In this document: positions 41,731 to 52,038 of the stretch, in pieces
Position numbering within the stretch: the first letter of the stretch is position 1
Layout: every line of letters starts with the position of its first letter
Source of the DNA: an uncultured Rhodospirillaceae bacterium
GTDB taxonomy: Bacteria; Pseudomonadota; Alphaproteobacteria; MPNO01; UBA2964
DNA length: 64,000 nt
Reading direction: 5' to 3'
NCBI GenBank assembly: GCA_964492555.1
Contig: CAZBKQ010000007.1
Location: forward strand, 21,534 to 85,533
Made by a program: the position numbers and the translations under genes
The notes under the pieces: generated by a model
What the model was told of the DNA's origin: nothing
Seen by the model: only the letters and a program-made list of their open reading frames with translations
Databases searched by the model: none

Positions 41731-42668
41731 GCCGCCGCCGGCGCGGCAAGCCGGTCAGCGGATGGGCGATTCTCGACAAGACGGTGGGCGTGACCTCAAC
41801 CCGCGCGGTGTCCATGGTGCGGCGCGCCTTCGATGCGCAAAAGGCCGGGCATGGCGGCACTCTGGACCCGTTGGCGAGTGGTATTTTGCCGATTGCGCTG
41901 GGTGAGGCGACAAAGCTGATCTTCCGGGTCATGGACGGGCGCAAGACCTATCGCTTCACCGTCCGCTGGGGTGAGGCGCGCGATACCGACGATGCCGAAG
42001 GCGATATCACGGAAACCAGCATCCATCGGCCCTCCTCCGCCGATATTGCGGCGGTTTTGTCCGAATTCATCGGTGAGATCGACCAGATCCCCCCGGCTTT
42101 TTCGGCGGTAAAGATCGATGGCAAGCGGGCCTATGATCTGGCGCGGGCGGGTGCCGCGGTGACGCCCAAATCCCGGCGGGTGACGATATTCGCTCTGGAA
42201 CTGCTTGAGACCCCTGATCGCGACAGCGCCACCTTCGAGGTACGCTGCGGCAAGGGCACCTATGTCCGCAGTCTCGGGCGCGATATTGCCCGGCGATTGG
42301 GAACGGTCGGTTATATTTCCGCGCTGCGACGGACTGCCACCGGACCATTCAACGAAAAATGCGCGATTTCGCTGGATAATTTCGATTCTCTGGTGCATAT
42401 TGCGCCGCCTTCCGGTTCCCTGTTGCCGGTTGAAGCCGCGCTGGACGACATCCCGGCGTTTTCGCTGAATCCGGAACAGGCGGATCACATGCGTCATGGT
42501 AGAGCCGTGTCGCTTTTTGATCTGGCGGAAGACAGATCCTTCGAAGCACTGAAAGAACAGGCGGCGGATGATCTTGTATGCGCGATGGCCGATGGGCGGC
42601 TTGTCGCGCTGGCGCGTGTCGAGGACGGAAAGCTTTGTCCCGCGCGTGTGCTTAACCAGACTGATTAG
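41727..42668 (+). CDS. truB: tRNA pseudouridine(55) synthase TruB.
   Basis: Catalytic Asp motif (GHGGTLDPLASGILPIALGEATK) and a PUA C-terminus. Its start overlaps the rbfA stop. Confidence 0.9.
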   Translation: MSRRRRGKPVSGWAILDKTVGVTSTRAVSMVRRAFDAQKAGHGGTLDPLASGILPIALGEATKLIFRVMDGRKTYRFTVRWGEARDTDDAEGDITETSIHRPSSADIAAVLSEFIGEIDQIPPAFSAVKIDGKRAYDLARAGAAVTPKSRRVTIFALELLETPDRDSATFEVRCGKGTYVRSLGRDIARRLGTVGYISALRRTATGPFNEKCAISLDNFDSLVHIAPPSGSLLPVEAALDDIPAFSLNPEQADHMRHGRAVSLFDLAEDRSFEALKEQAADDLVCAMADGRLVALARVEDGKLCPARVLNQTD

Positions 42669-42677
42669 GAGATATCG

Positions 42678-42947
42678 ATGTCGATTACCCAGGAAAAGAA
42701 GGCCGAGCTCATTAAGGAGTACGGCCGGGCCGAAGGCGACACGGGCTCGCCGGAGGTACAGGTCTCGATCCTCACTGAACGGATTCGCAACCTGACCGAC
42801 CATCTAAAGGAGCATAACAAGGATTTTCATTCCCGCCGTGGATTGCTGGTCATGGTCGGCCAGCGGCGCAGGCTCCTTGACTATCTGAAACGCAAGGATG
42901 AATCCCGCTATCAGGATCTCATCAAGAGTCTCGGCATCCGGCGCTGA
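42678..42947 (+). CDS. rpsO: 30S ribosomal protein S15.
   Basis: 89 aa, [44 protein letters not shown]. Confidence 0.95.
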   Translation: MSITQEKKAELIKEYGRAEGDTGSPEVQVSILTERIRNLTDHLKEHNKDFHSRRGLLVMVGQRRRLLDYLKRKDESRYQDLIKSLGIRR

Positions 42948-43174
42948 CCGGATGTCCGTTTCACCGGGCGCGCCATATGGTTTGGCCGTCCGGTACCGTG
43001 CCGCATTCGGTGTGCGGCGCGTTGGCTGGCCGTGCGGCAGGGGCTGCGACGGCCGTTCACCGGCCGGGTAAGGAAAGACCCGAGGACCGGTGACATACGG
43101 CGCGGCAAGGGTGCTGGCGCCGATTGGCCGGAGCGCGTAGGGCGCTTCCGGTCAGGAAGGAAGGACGTATAGAT

Positions 43175-45328
43175 ATGTTCAACGTTTACCGTAAGGAAAT
43201 CGACTGGGGCGGCAGGCCGCTCGTTATCGAAACAGGAAAAATCGCCCGTCAGGCCGACGGCGCCGTCATGGTCTCCTATGGCGACACGGTGGTTCTGGCG
43301 ACGGCGGTCGCGCAAAAGGCGCCCAAGCCGGGCGTGGATTTCTTCCCGCTGACCGTCAACTATCAGGAAAAAACATTCGCCGCCGGCAAAATCCCCGGCG
43401 GCTTTTTCAAACGCGAAGGCCGGCCCAGCGAAAAGGAAACGCTGGTCTCCCGCCTGATTGACCGGCCGATCCGGCCGCTTTTCGCCAAGGGTTTCCAGAA
43501 TGAGACCCAGGTGATCTGCACCGTGCTGAGCCATGATCTGGAAAACGACCCGGATGTCGTTGCCTTGGTCGGCGCCTCCGCCGCGCTGACGATCTCGGGC
43601 ATTCCGTTCCTCGGGCCCATCGGGGCGGCGCGCGTCGCCCATGTGGATGGGGATTTTGTCCTCAACCCGGTGCCGGAACAGCTTGAGAATTCCAAGCTCG
43701 ACATGGTCGTCGCGGGCACGCATGACGCGGTCCTGATGGTGGAATCCGAAGCCGATCAGCTGTCGGAAGAAACCATGCTCGGCGCGGTGATGTTCGCCCA
43801 GCGCGAATTCCAGCCGGTGATCCAGGCGATCATCGAGCTGGCGGAACAGTGCGCCAAGGAACCCTGGGCGATTCCCGAACCGACTGCGGAAAAAGAAGCG
43901 CTGCGGGCCAGGATCAATGGTCTGGCGGAAGAGCCGCTGCGCGCGGCCTATCGCGAAACGGTCAAACAGACCCGTGTGGAGATGATTTCCGCCGCCAAGG
44001 AAGCCGCGCTGACGGCCTTGGCCGAGGAAGACCCGGAATATAACGGCCAGCTCGCGGCCGGGCTTCTCAAGGATCTCGAAAAGGACATCGTCCGGGGCGC
44101 CATTCTGGAAACCGGACAGCGGATTGACGGGCGCGACACCAAAACGGTTCGTCCGATCGAGGTCGAGGTCGGCATTCTGCCGCGGGCGCATGGAAGCGCC
44201 CTGTTCACGCGCGGCGAGACGCAGTCGCTCTGCGTTGCGACGCTCGGCACCGGTCAGGACGAACAGATCATCGACGCGCTGGAAGGCGAATATCGCGAAC
44301 GGTTCATGCTGCATTACAACTTCCCGCCCTATTCGGTCGGTGAAGCCAGCTTCCTGCGTTCGCCGGGACGCCGCGAAATCGGTCACGGCAAGCTCGCCTG
44401 GCGGGCGGTGCGCGCCGTGCTGCCAACCGCCGAGGATTTCCCCTATACGCTGCGTGTCGTTTCGGAAATCACTGAATCGAACGGTTCGTCCTCGATGGCG
44501 ACGGTGTGCGGTTCTTCCCTGTCCCTGATGGATGCGGGCGTGCCGCTCAAGCAACCAGTCGCCGGCATTGCGATGGGGCTGATCAAGGAAGATAGCGGTT
44601 ATGCCGTCCTTTCCGACATTCTGGGTGATGAGGATCATCTTGGCGACATGGACTTCAAGGTGGCGGGAACCGCCGACGGGGTCACCTCGTTGCAGATGGA
44701 TATCAAGATCACCGGCATTACCGAGGAAATCATGGAAACCGCGCTGAACCAGGCAAAGGACGGTCGGCTTCACATTCTCGGTGAAATGTCCAAGGGGATG
44801 GCCGGCGCCCGTGACGACGTCAGCCTGCTGGCGCCGCGCATCACGACCCTGTCCATTCCGAAGGACAAGATTCGCGATGTCATCGGCACTGGCGGCAAGG
44901 TGATCCGCGAGATTTGCGAGACCACCGGCGCCAAGATCGATATCGACGATGACGGCACCGTCAAGGTGGCAGCTGTCGATGGTGAGGCCGGAGAGGCCGC
45001 ACTTGAATGGATCAAGGGCATCGTTGCCGAACCCGAGGTCGGTGTGATCTATAACGGGAAGGTCGTGAAAGTTGTCGATTTCGGCGCTTTCGTGAATTTC
45101 CTGGGTGCCCGCGACGGGCTGGTTCACATCAGTGAGCTGGAACCGCGCCGGGTGAACAAGGTGACCGACGTCGTCAATGAAGGCGATGAGGTAAAGGTCA
45201 AGGTTCTGGCCGTCGACGACCGGGGCAAGGTCAAGCTTTCCATGAAGGTTGTCGATCAGGAAACCGGCGAGGAAATCCAGCCGGAACCCAAGGACAAGCC
45301 AAAGGAAGATGAATCGGCTGACGCCTGA
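43175..45328 (+). CDS. pnp: Polyribonucleotide nucleotidyltransferase (PNPase).
   Basis: ORF 43124..45328. Start refined to [16 protein letters not shown] after an AGGAAGGAAGGA RBS. Two RNase PH domains plus KH and S1 domains. Confidence 0.95.
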   Translation: MFNVYRKEIDWGGRPLVIETGKIARQADGAVMVSYGDTVVLATAVAQKAPKPGVDFFPLTVNYQEKTFAAGKIPGGFFKREGRPSEKETLVSRLIDRPIRPLFAKGFQNETQVICTVLSHDLENDPDVVALVGASAALTISGIPFLGPIGAARVAHVDGDFVLNPVPEQLENSKLDMVVAGTHDAVLMVESEADQLSEETMLGAVMFAQREFQPVIQAIIELAEQCAKEPWAIPEPTAEKEALRARINGLAEEPLRAAYRETVKQTRVEMISAAKEAALTALAEEDPEYNGQLAAGLLKDLEKDIVRGAILETGQRIDGRDTKTVRPIEVEVGILPRAHGSALFTRGETQSLCVATLGTGQDEQIIDALEGEYRERFMLHYNFPPYSVGEASFLRSPGRREIGHGKLAWRAVRAVLPTAEDFPYTLRVVSEITESNGSSSMATVCGSSLSLMDAGVPLKQPVAGIAMGLIKEDSGYAVLSDILGDEDHLGDMDFKVAGTADGVTSLQMDIKITGITEEIMETALNQAKDGRLHILGEMSKGMAGARDDVSLLAPRITTLSIPKDKIRDVIGTGGKVIREICETTGAKIDIDDDGTVKVAAVDGEAGEAALEWIKGIVAEPEVGVIYNGKVVKVVDFGAFVNFLGARDGLVHISELEPRRVNKVTDVVNEGDEVKVKVLAVDDRGKVKLSMKVVDQETGEEIQPEPKDKPKEDESADA

Positions 45329-45342
45329 GCCGATTAAATCCA

Positions 45343-46110
45343 ATGATCGGGGGCCGCCGGATAATGTCCGCGCGGCCCCTTTTTTATTCCTTTCCCCGCG
45401 TGATCGGCCATCGCGGGGCAAGGGGACTCGCGCCTGAAAACACGCTGGCCGCCATTCGCGCGGCCCGGGATTGCGGGCTCTCATGGATTGAGGTCGACGT
45501 GCGGCTGACTCGCGATGCGGTGCCGGTGCTGTCGCACGATCCTGTTATTGCGCCGGGTGACGGTGCCTTGCCCGTTCGGATTGCCGCGCTTGACGCAGAA
45601 ATGTTGAGAAAACGGATTCCCTCCGTCCTAGGACTTGCCGATGCTCTTGCGCTGGCCCGCGCGTCAGGCCTCAACGTCAATGTGGAGCTTAAATCCGAAG
45701 GCTCCCGTAATAGCGTTCTGGCGCGCAAAGTGGCTGCGCAAATAACAGCTTTTGACCGCATCTCTGGCCCATCGGTTCTGCTCTCCAGTTTCGAGAAGGA
45801 TCTGGTTGCCGATATGGCGGCGCTGCTGCCGCACATTCCCCGGGCGCTTATCCTGGCCCGCGCAGCGCCGCGGGATATTGAAGCCGCCCGGCGGCTGGAA
45901 TGCGTCAGTGTACATATTGCGCGCCGCGGCGCCGATTTCGGGACCATTGCGGCCATTCACCGGCACGGCATGCGCTGTGCGGTTTATACCGTGAACCGGG
46001 TGGCGGCGGCGCGCCGCTTGTTCGCGGCGGGGGCGGACGGCGTCTTTACCGACCGGCCGGACCGGTTTTCCGCCATCGAAAAAAATCGCCCCCGGGGCTG
46101 GTCGTTCTGA
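45343..46110 (+). CDS. Glycerophosphodiester phosphodiesterase family protein.
   Basis: GDPD motif (VIGHRGARGLAPENTLAAIRAA...WIEVDVRLTRDAVPVLSHD). Confidence 0.75.
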   Translation: MIGGRRIMSARPLFYSFPRVIGHRGARGLAPENTLAAIRAARDCGLSWIEVDVRLTRDAVPVLSHDPVIAPGDGALPVRIAALDAEMLRKRIPSVLGLADALALARASGLNVNVELKSEGSRNSVLARKVAAQITAFDRISGPSVLLSSFEKDLVADMAALLPHIPRALILARAAPRDIEAARRLECVSVHIARRGADFGTIAAIHRHGMRCAVYTVNRVAAARRLFAAGADGVFTDRPDRFSAIEKNRPRGWSF

Positions 46111-46234
46111 AATCCTTTCATATACATAGGGGTAAGAGGCCGGTTGGTGTAAAATTCTGTTTCCCCAAGGGGATTTACGGGATAATTTCTGCTGTCCGGG
46201 CCGTGGACTGATAGATGACGGGGACGAGCGCGCG

Positions 46235-46756
46235 ATGAGCGTGAAAGACAGAAACAGCTTCTCTTACGAGGATTTGCTCGAATGCGGGCATGGACGCCTG
46301 TTCGGGCCCGGCAACGCGCAGCTTCCCCTGCCGCCGATGCTGATGTTCGACCGCATCACCCGGATTACCGAGGATGGCGGTACGCACGGCAAGGGCGAGG
46401 TGGTCGCCGAAATGGATGTGAAGCCCGGCAACTGGTTTTTCGAATGCCATTTCGAAGGCGATCCGGTTATGCCCGGCTGTCTCGGGCTTGACGCGCTGTG
46501 GCAGCTTACCGGCTTCTTTCTCGGCTGGACCGGCGATCCCGGCAAGGGACGCGCGCTCGGTCTCGGCGGGTTGAAATTCAACGACCAGGTAACGCCGGAC
46601 GCAACACTGGTGACCTACCGGGTCGATGTGAAAAGAATTGTCCGGCGCGGTTTTTCCATCGCCATCGCCGACGGGACGCTGGATGTTGATGGAACAATCG
46701 CCTATGAGGCGCAGGATCTGCGCGTCGGGCTGTTCACCGAATCTCAGGACGGGTGA
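46235..46756 (+). CDS. fabA: 3-hydroxyacyl-[ACP] dehydratase / trans-2-decenoyl-[ACP] isomerase FabA.
   Basis: 173 aa with the FabA active-site region ([24 protein letters not shown]). Confidence 0.9.
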   Translation: MSVKDRNSFSYEDLLECGHGRLFGPGNAQLPLPPMLMFDRITRITEDGGTHGKGEVVAEMDVKPGNWFFECHFEGDPVMPGCLGLDALWQLTGFFLGWTGDPGKGRALGLGGLKFNDQVTPDATLVTYRVDVKRIVRRGFSIAIADGTLDVDGTIAYEAQDLRVGLFTESQDG

Positions 46757-46763
46757 GGATTGA

Positions 46764-47987
46764 ATGAAAAGGGTTGTCGTAACCGGCATCGGTATCGTCA
46801 GCAGCATCGGCGACAACAAGGCCGAAGTCGCTGAATCGCTGCGCAGCGGAAAATCCGGCATCGGATTTTGCGAGGAATATAAGGAACGCGGATTCCGCAG
46901 CCATGTGCATGGCGCGCCGGGGATCGATATCGATGAGACGATGGACCGCAAGCTGCGGCGCTTCATGGGTGACGGCGCGGCCTATAACTATATCGCCATG
47001 CAGGAGGCGCTGGCCGATTCCGGGCTGGAGGACGGGGATATTTCCAACCCCCGCACCGGTCTGATCATGGGCTCGGGCGGCCCATCGACCAAGAATTTGC
47101 TGGTCGCCTTCGACACCGCCCGGGAAAAGGGCGCGAAAAAGGTCGGCCCCTTCATGGTGCCGCGCACCATGTCGAGTACCAATTCCGCGACGCTGGCGAC
47201 CGCCTTCGGGATCAAGGGCGTGAACTATTCGATCAGCTCGGCCTGCGCGACCTCCGCACATTGCATTGGCAACGGCACGGAGCTGATCCAGCTCGGCAAG
47301 CAGGACATCGTCTTTGCCGGCGGCGGCGAGGAGCTCGACTGGACCATGACGGTTCTGTTTGACGCGATGGGCGCGCTGTCCAGCAAATATAACGATGCGC
47401 CGGAAACCGCCTCGCGCCCGTTTGACGCCAATCGCGACGGGTTTGTCATTGCCGGCGGCGGCGGAGTCGTGGTGCTGGAAGAGCTGGAACACGCGAAAGC
47501 GCGCGGCGCCACGATTTACGCCGAATGCGCGGGATATGGCGCGACCTCCGACGGGTATGACATGGTGCAGCCTTCCGGAGAAGGCGCGGTGCGCTGCATG
47601 CAGATAGCGCTCGATGGCGTCGATGCGCCGATCGATTACATCAATACCCACGGCACCAGCACGCCGGTCGGCGATGTAAAGGAGCTGGCGGCGCTGCGTG
47701 AGGTATTCGGCGACCGCAACCAGATTCCCGCCTTCGCCTCGACCAAGTCGCTGACCGGCCATTCGCTGGGTGCGGCCGGCGTTCAGGAAGCGATCTATTC
47801 TCTGCTGATGATGGAAGGCGGATTTATTTCCGCCTCCGCCAATGTCGAGGAGCCGGACGAGGATCTCGGCGACATGCCGCTGGTGACCGAGATGCGAGAC
47901 AATGTCGAGCTTAACTGCGTATTGTCGAACAGCTTCGGTTTTGGCGGGACCAACGCGTCGCTGGTCTTTAAATCGGTGGCCGCGTGA
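46764..47987 (+). CDS. fabB: 3-oxoacyl-[ACP] synthase I.
   Basis: KAS I/II fold, active-site Cys ([12 protein letters not shown]) and a C-terminal His and GHSLGAAG block. Confidence 0.9.
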   Translation: MKRVVVTGIGIVSSIGDNKAEVAESLRSGKSGIGFCEEYKERGFRSHVHGAPGIDIDETMDRKLRRFMGDGAAYNYIAMQEALADSGLEDGDISNPRTGLIMGSGGPSTKNLLVAFDTAREKGAKKVGPFMVPRTMSSTNSATLATAFGIKGVNYSISSACATSAHCIGNGTELIQLGKQDIVFAGGGEELDWTMTVLFDAMGALSSKYNDAPETASRPFDANRDGFVIAGGGGVVVLEELEHAKARGATIYAECAGYGATSDGYDMVQPSGEGAVRCMQIALDGVDAPIDYINTHGTSTPVGDVKELAALREVFGDRNQIPAFASTKSLTGHSLGAAGVQEAIYSLLMMEGGFISASANVEEPDEDLGDMPLVTEMRDNVELNCVLSNSFGFGGTNASLVFKSVAA

Positions 47988-48778
47988 GTCTTCTGAACGG
48001 AAAAAAGGGGCTCGTCCTCGGGGTCGCCAACGACCATTCGATCGCCTGGGGGATCGCCGATGCGGCGGCCCGGGCCGGCGCGTCGCTCGCCTTCACCTAC
48101 CAGACCGACTCGTTCGAAAAACGGGTCCGTCCGCTGGCGGAATCGGCGGGGGCGGATATTATCACCCCCTGCGATGTGGTTGACGACGCCAGCCTCGATG
48201 CGGTGTTCGCCGAAATCGGTGAAAAATGGGGCGGGCTCGATTTTGTCGTGCATTCCGTCGCCTATTCCGACAAGAACGAGCTGACCGGCGCCTATTCGGA
48301 TACGTCGCGGGAAAACTTCCTCCGCAGCCTCGACATCTCCTGCTATTCCTTCACCGCCATTGCGCGCCGCGCCGCGGCCCTGATGGAAAATGGCGGCAGC
48401 CTGATCACTTTGACCTATTCCGGCGCGGAACGGGTGATGCCGAATTATAACGTGATGGGGGTCGCCAAGGCGGCGCTGGAAGCCAGTGTCCGCTATCTCG
48501 CCGCTGATCTTGGGCCGAAATCGATCCGGGTAAACGCGATTTCCGCCGGACCGATGCGCACCCTGGCGGGCAGCGCCGTGGGCGGCGCGCGCGAGGTCTA
48601 TAAATGGAACGCCGAATATTCACCGCTGCGGCGTAATACCCTGCTGGATGATGTCGGCGGGGCCGGGCTTTATTTGCTGAGCGATCTTTCCGCCGGTGTT
48701 TCGGGTGAAATCATGCATGTCGATTCGGGCTTCAATGTCGTCGGCGTGCCCGATCTGTTGCGCCACAGAAAAGAATAA
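47984..48778 (+). CDS. fabI: Enoyl-[ACP] reductase (NADH) FabI.
   Basis: [14 protein letters not shown]-terminus and a YxxMxxxK-type catalytic region ([12 protein letters not shown]). Its start overlaps the fabB stop. Confidence 0.9.
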   Translation: MSLLNGKKGLVLGVANDHSIAWGIADAAARAGASLAFTYQTDSFEKRVRPLAESAGADIITPCDVVDDASLDAVFAEIGEKWGGLDFVVHSVAYSDKNELTGAYSDTSRENFLRSLDISCYSFTAIARRAAALMENGGSLITLTYSGAERVMPNYNVMGVAKAALEASVRYLAADLGPKSIRVNAISAGPMRTLAGSAVGGAREVYKWNAEYSPLRRNTLLDDVGGAGLYLLSDLSAGVSGEIMHVDSGFNVVGVPDLLRHRKE

Positions 48779-48830
48779 AAATTTTCTTTTGAATGGTTCC
48801 AATCTGAAAAGGATTGCTTATATAGGAACC

Positions 48831-49250
48831 ATGAACGACAGACCCTATTCACGCATCATTGCGATATTGCAGAAGGCCGGGCTTCGCCCGACCCGCCAGC
48901 GCATGGCCCTTGGCCGGCTTCTGTTCGAATCCGGCGACCGGCATGTGACCGCCGAAGATGTTCACGCCGAAGCCGTCGCCGTCGGTGTAAAGGTGTCCCT
49001 GGGCACGGTTTACAACACCTTGCACCAGTTCACCGATGCCGGGCTGGTCCGGGAGGTCGTGGTTGAACCGGGCAAGACCTATTTCGATACCAATACCTCG
49101 TCCCATCATCATTTCTTTTTTGAAGATAGCGGCGTTATCCGCGATATTCCGGCGGAAGAGGTTGCGATTGAGCGCCTGCCCGAACTGCCCGATGGGGTTT
49201 CGCTTTCGCGCGTCGATGTGGTCGTCCGCGTTACCGGAGACGAAGGCTGA
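48831..49250 (+). CDS. irr: Fur-family iron response regulator (Irr-like), Cys-less with an HHH motif.
   Basis: ORF 48696..49250. Start refined to MNDRPYSRIIAIL. SSHHHFFFED matches the HHH motif described for rhizobial Irr. The irr-adjacent-to-fabABI order is recalled from Rhizobiales. Confidence 0.68.
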   Translation: MNDRPYSRIIAILQKAGLRPTRQRMALGRLLFESGDRHVTAEDVHAEAVAVGVKVSLGTVYNTLHQFTDAGLVREVVVEPGKTYFDTNTSSHHHFFFEDSGVIRDIPAEEVAIERLPELPDGVSLSRVDVVVRVTGDEG

Positions 49251-49264
49251 GCGGGGATTTTAAT

Positions 49265-49279
49265 TTATAATCATTGTAA
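49265..49279. promoter_or_regulatory. PerR/Fur-box-like palindrome TTATAATCATTGTAA upstream of the rubrerythrin gene.
   Basis: It matches TTATAATnATTATAA at 14 of 15 positions. It lies in a 190 bp AT-rich spacer about 170 nt upstream of the rubrerythrin start. Coordinates are +/-2 nt. Confidence 0.35.
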
Positions 49280-49444
49280 AGAATTGTGTATAGGATTGAT
49301 TTCATGAAAAGTTCACTTGAATAATTTATGGGTTTTCCTATATAAGAGGAATGTTGGCGCCACAATGGGGCCGGCGTCGCCCGAACGGGCACAATACAAG
49401 CCATCCGTCCGGATGGCGGCCAGAAGAAGGTAAAGGAGACACCG

Positions 49445-49861
49445 ATGGCAGGACTTAAGGGGACCAAGACCGAAAACAATCTCAAGGAAGCGTTTGCCGG
49501 CGAATCGCAGGCCAACCGCCGTTATCTTTATTTCGCGCAGAAAGCCGACGTCGAAGGCTATAACGATGTCGCCGCCGTATTCCGTTCCACCGCGGAAGGC
49601 GAAACCGGCCACGCGCACGGCCATCTCGAATATCTTGAGGAAGTCGGCGATCCGGCGACCGGGGAACCGATCGGCGATACCGCCAGCAACCTGAAGGCGT
49701 CGGTCGCGGGGGAAACCCACGAATACACCGACATGTATCCGGGCATGGCGAAGGAAGCCCGTGAAGAAGGGTTCGACGAAATCGCGACCTGGTTTGAGAC
49801 CCTCGCCAAGGCGGAACGTTCCCATGCGGGCCGCTTTCAGAAGGCTCTCGACGAGCTTTAA
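49445..49861 (+). CDS. Rubrerythrin-family (erythrin-like) diiron protein without a rubredoxin domain.
   Basis: Two ExxH diiron motifs ([16 protein letters not shown] and the ExxH at SHAGRFQ), ferritin-like four-helix pattern; 138 aa. Confidence 0.85.
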   Translation: MAGLKGTKTENNLKEAFAGESQANRRYLYFAQKADVEGYNDVAAVFRSTAEGETGHAHGHLEYLEEVGDPATGEPIGDTASNLKASVAGETHEYTDMYPGMAKEAREEGFDEIATWFETLAKAERSHAGRFQKALDEL

Positions 49862-49966
49862 TCATCCCGCGGCAGCGTGGCGCGAAACTTTCGCGCTACG
49901 CCCGCATTTTTCAAAGGATTTATCGATTCAGACAGGGCCCCGCGCCCTGAACAGTGGAGCCGTGCC

Positions 49967-51319
49967 ATGAGTGAAGGAAGCCTTGAAGCGCCGATCCGTC
50001 ACCCGATCGACTGGAATAATCCCGATTTTTACGATGAGGCAAAACTCGATGCGGAGCTTCGGCGGGTATTCGATATCTGTCACGGCTGCCGGCGCTGCTT
50101 CAATCTCTGTGATTCCTTCCCGCGCCTGTTCGATCTGATCGACGATTCGGAAACCGGTGAGCTGGACTCGGTCGATTCCTCGGGTTTCAAACCCGTCGTC
50201 GATGCCTGCACCCTGTGCGACATGTGTTTCATGACAAAATGTCCCTACGTGCCGCCGCATGAATTCAATCTCGATTTTCCGCACCTCATGCTGCGGTACC
50301 GCGCGGTGGAAAAGAAAAAGGGCGAAGTGCCGTTCGTCCAGAAACAGGTTTCCGAAACCGACCGCAACGGCAAGCTGGCCGGCGCCGTCGCGCCGCTTTC
50401 CAACTGGGCGACGCAAACCGGCAACGGGCTGACCCGGCCCCTGATGCAGGGCGTTGCGGGGATCGATGCCCGTGCCGAGTTGCCGAAATTCCACGGCAAG
50501 ACCTTTACCGCCCGCGCCAAAACCGACATTCCCAAAATCAACACGGACGCACCGGGCCATGGCCGCAAGGCGGTTATCTATTCGACCTGTTTTGTTAATT
50601 ACAATAATCCCCAGATCGGCGCCGCCGCGCGGGGCGTTCTGGCGAAGAACGGGGTCGAGACAGAGGTCGCCCATCCGCGTTGCTGCGGCATGCCGAAGCT
50701 GGAACATGGCGATATCGAAGCGGTCGCCGAAAACGCCAGGGCCGTGGCGGCGGAACTGCTGCCCTGGGTGGATAAGGGATATGACGTCATCGCGCTGGTG
50801 CCGTCCTGCGCCCTGATGCTGAAATTCGAATGGCCGCTGATCCTGCCGAAAAATGACGACGTCAAACGGCTGGCGGAGGCGACCAGCGATATCACCGAAT
50901 ATGTCGTCGATATCGCAAAGAACGAGGGGCTGGCAGAAGGGCTGCAACCAATCGATGGCGGCGTCGCGGTTCATCTCGCCTGTCACGCGCGGGCGCAGAA
51001 TATCGGACCGAAGGCGGCTGAAATGTTACGCAATCTGCCCGATACCCGTGTCGCGGTGATCGAACGCTGCTCCGGTCATGGCGGGTCCTGGGGCATGATG
51101 AAGGACAATTTCGACACCGCGATGATGGTCGGCAAGCCGGTGGCGAAGCAGGCGGTACAGGGCGGTCAGGCCGCCGTTGTTTCGGAATGTCCGCTCGCCG
51201 GTCTGCATATCCTGCAGGGTATGCAGGATGTCGCCGAGGGTGACGAAAAGGCGAAGATTCCCGAAACCGCGCCGCACCCGATCGAAATCATGGCCCGCGC
51301 TTACGGGATCGAGGTCTGA
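49967..51319 (+). CDS. (Fe-S)-binding protein with two 4Fe-4S ferredoxin motifs and CCG (cysteine-rich) domains (HdrD/GlpC/LutA-like).
   Basis: ORF 49877..51319. Start refined to MSEGSLEAP after a GGAG RBS. Motifs CHGCRRCFNLCDSFP and CTLCDMCFMTKCPYVPP, then CCGMP-containing CCG domains. Confidence 0.8.
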   Translation: MSEGSLEAPIRHPIDWNNPDFYDEAKLDAELRRVFDICHGCRRCFNLCDSFPRLFDLIDDSETGELDSVDSSGFKPVVDACTLCDMCFMTKCPYVPPHEFNLDFPHLMLRYRAVEKKKGEVPFVQKQVSETDRNGKLAGAVAPLSNWATQTGNGLTRPLMQGVAGIDARAELPKFHGKTFTARAKTDIPKINTDAPGHGRKAVIYSTCFVNYNNPQIGAAARGVLAKNGVETEVAHPRCCGMPKLEHGDIEAVAENARAVAAELLPWVDKGYDVIALVPSCALMLKFEWPLILPKNDDVKRLAEATSDITEYVVDIAKNEGLAEGLQPIDGGVAVHLACHARAQNIGPKAAEMLRNLPDTRVAVIERCSGHGGSWGMMKDNFDTAMMVGKPVAKQAVQGGQAAVVSECPLAGLHILQGMQDVAEGDEKAKIPETAPHPIEIMARAYGIEV

Positions 51320-51342
51320 AAATAGCCGCCAAGGAGAATTCG

Positions 51343-51930
51343 ATGGCTAAAACCGAACTTACCCGGGACGATCTGATGGCGCCGGAGGCTTACGCCGCCG
51401 AACGCCGCGCGCACGCGCAGCGCATTTCCGCCGTCAAGGCGGATCGCCGTGTCGCGGTCGGCCCCGACGCGACCTTCTATTTCGAAAGCTGGGACACGAT
51501 GTGGTTTCAGGTGCATGAAATGCTGCACATCGAAAAAGGCGGTGAGGAACAGATCGCCGATGAGCTCGCCGCCTATAACCCGCTGATCCCCAACGGGCGT
51601 GAACTGACCGCGACCATGATGATCGAAATCCCCGATCCCGGCCGCCGCCACAAGGTGCTGGCCGGCCTTGGCGGAATTGAGGAAACCGTCGTCATGATCG
51701 TCAATGGCGAGGAAATCCGTGGCAAGGCTGAAGAAGATGTCGACCGCACCAATGCCGCCGGCAAAGCGTCTTCGGTCCAGTTCATTCATTTCCCCTTTAC
51801 CGACGCGCAGGTCGCGGCCTTCCGCGCCGACGGGGCGGATGTGCGGATTTCCATCGAACACCCCAATTACCGTCACACTGCGGGGCTGACGGAAACCGCG
51901 CGCGCCGCTCTTGCATCGGATTTCAGTTGA
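51343..51930 (+). CDS. DUF3501-family protein.
   Basis: 195 aa. It is tightly linked downstream of the rubrerythrin and CCG Fe-S genes. The family call is from memory of this conserved triad. Confidence 0.55.
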   Translation: MAKTELTRDDLMAPEAYAAERRAHAQRISAVKADRRVAVGPDATFYFESWDTMWFQVHEMLHIEKGGEEQIADELAAYNPLIPNGRELTATMMIEIPDPGRRHKVLAGLGGIEETVVMIVNGEEIRGKAEEDVDRTNAAGKASSVQFIHFPFTDAQVAAFRADGADVRISIEHPNYRHTAGLTETARAALASDFS

Positions 51931-51966
51931 ATTTGAAACAATAAGACTGGAACCCGCCGCTTGAAT

Positions 51967-52028
51967 CCTGTTTCATTTGTGCGTTGCCAACGCGCAACAC
52001 GCTGGGGAAGCGAAACAAATGAAACAGG
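51967..52028 (+). promoter_or_regulatory. 62 nt stem-loop with a 13 bp perfect inverted repeat (CCTGTTTCATTTG...CAAATGAAACAGG) in the tctC 5' leader.
   Basis: Seen directly. The 3' arm ends about 5 nt before the AGGGAAGG RBS of the 52039 start. An inner GTTGC...GCAAC sub-hairpin is present. Confidence 0.4.
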
Positions 52029-52038
52029 GAAGGTAAAA

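Noticed and set aside
42911-45484. 857 aa ORF on the minus strand.
   Set aside because: It is entirely antisense to pnp and has no recognisable domains. Long stop-free antisense frames are expected in a GC3-rich genome.
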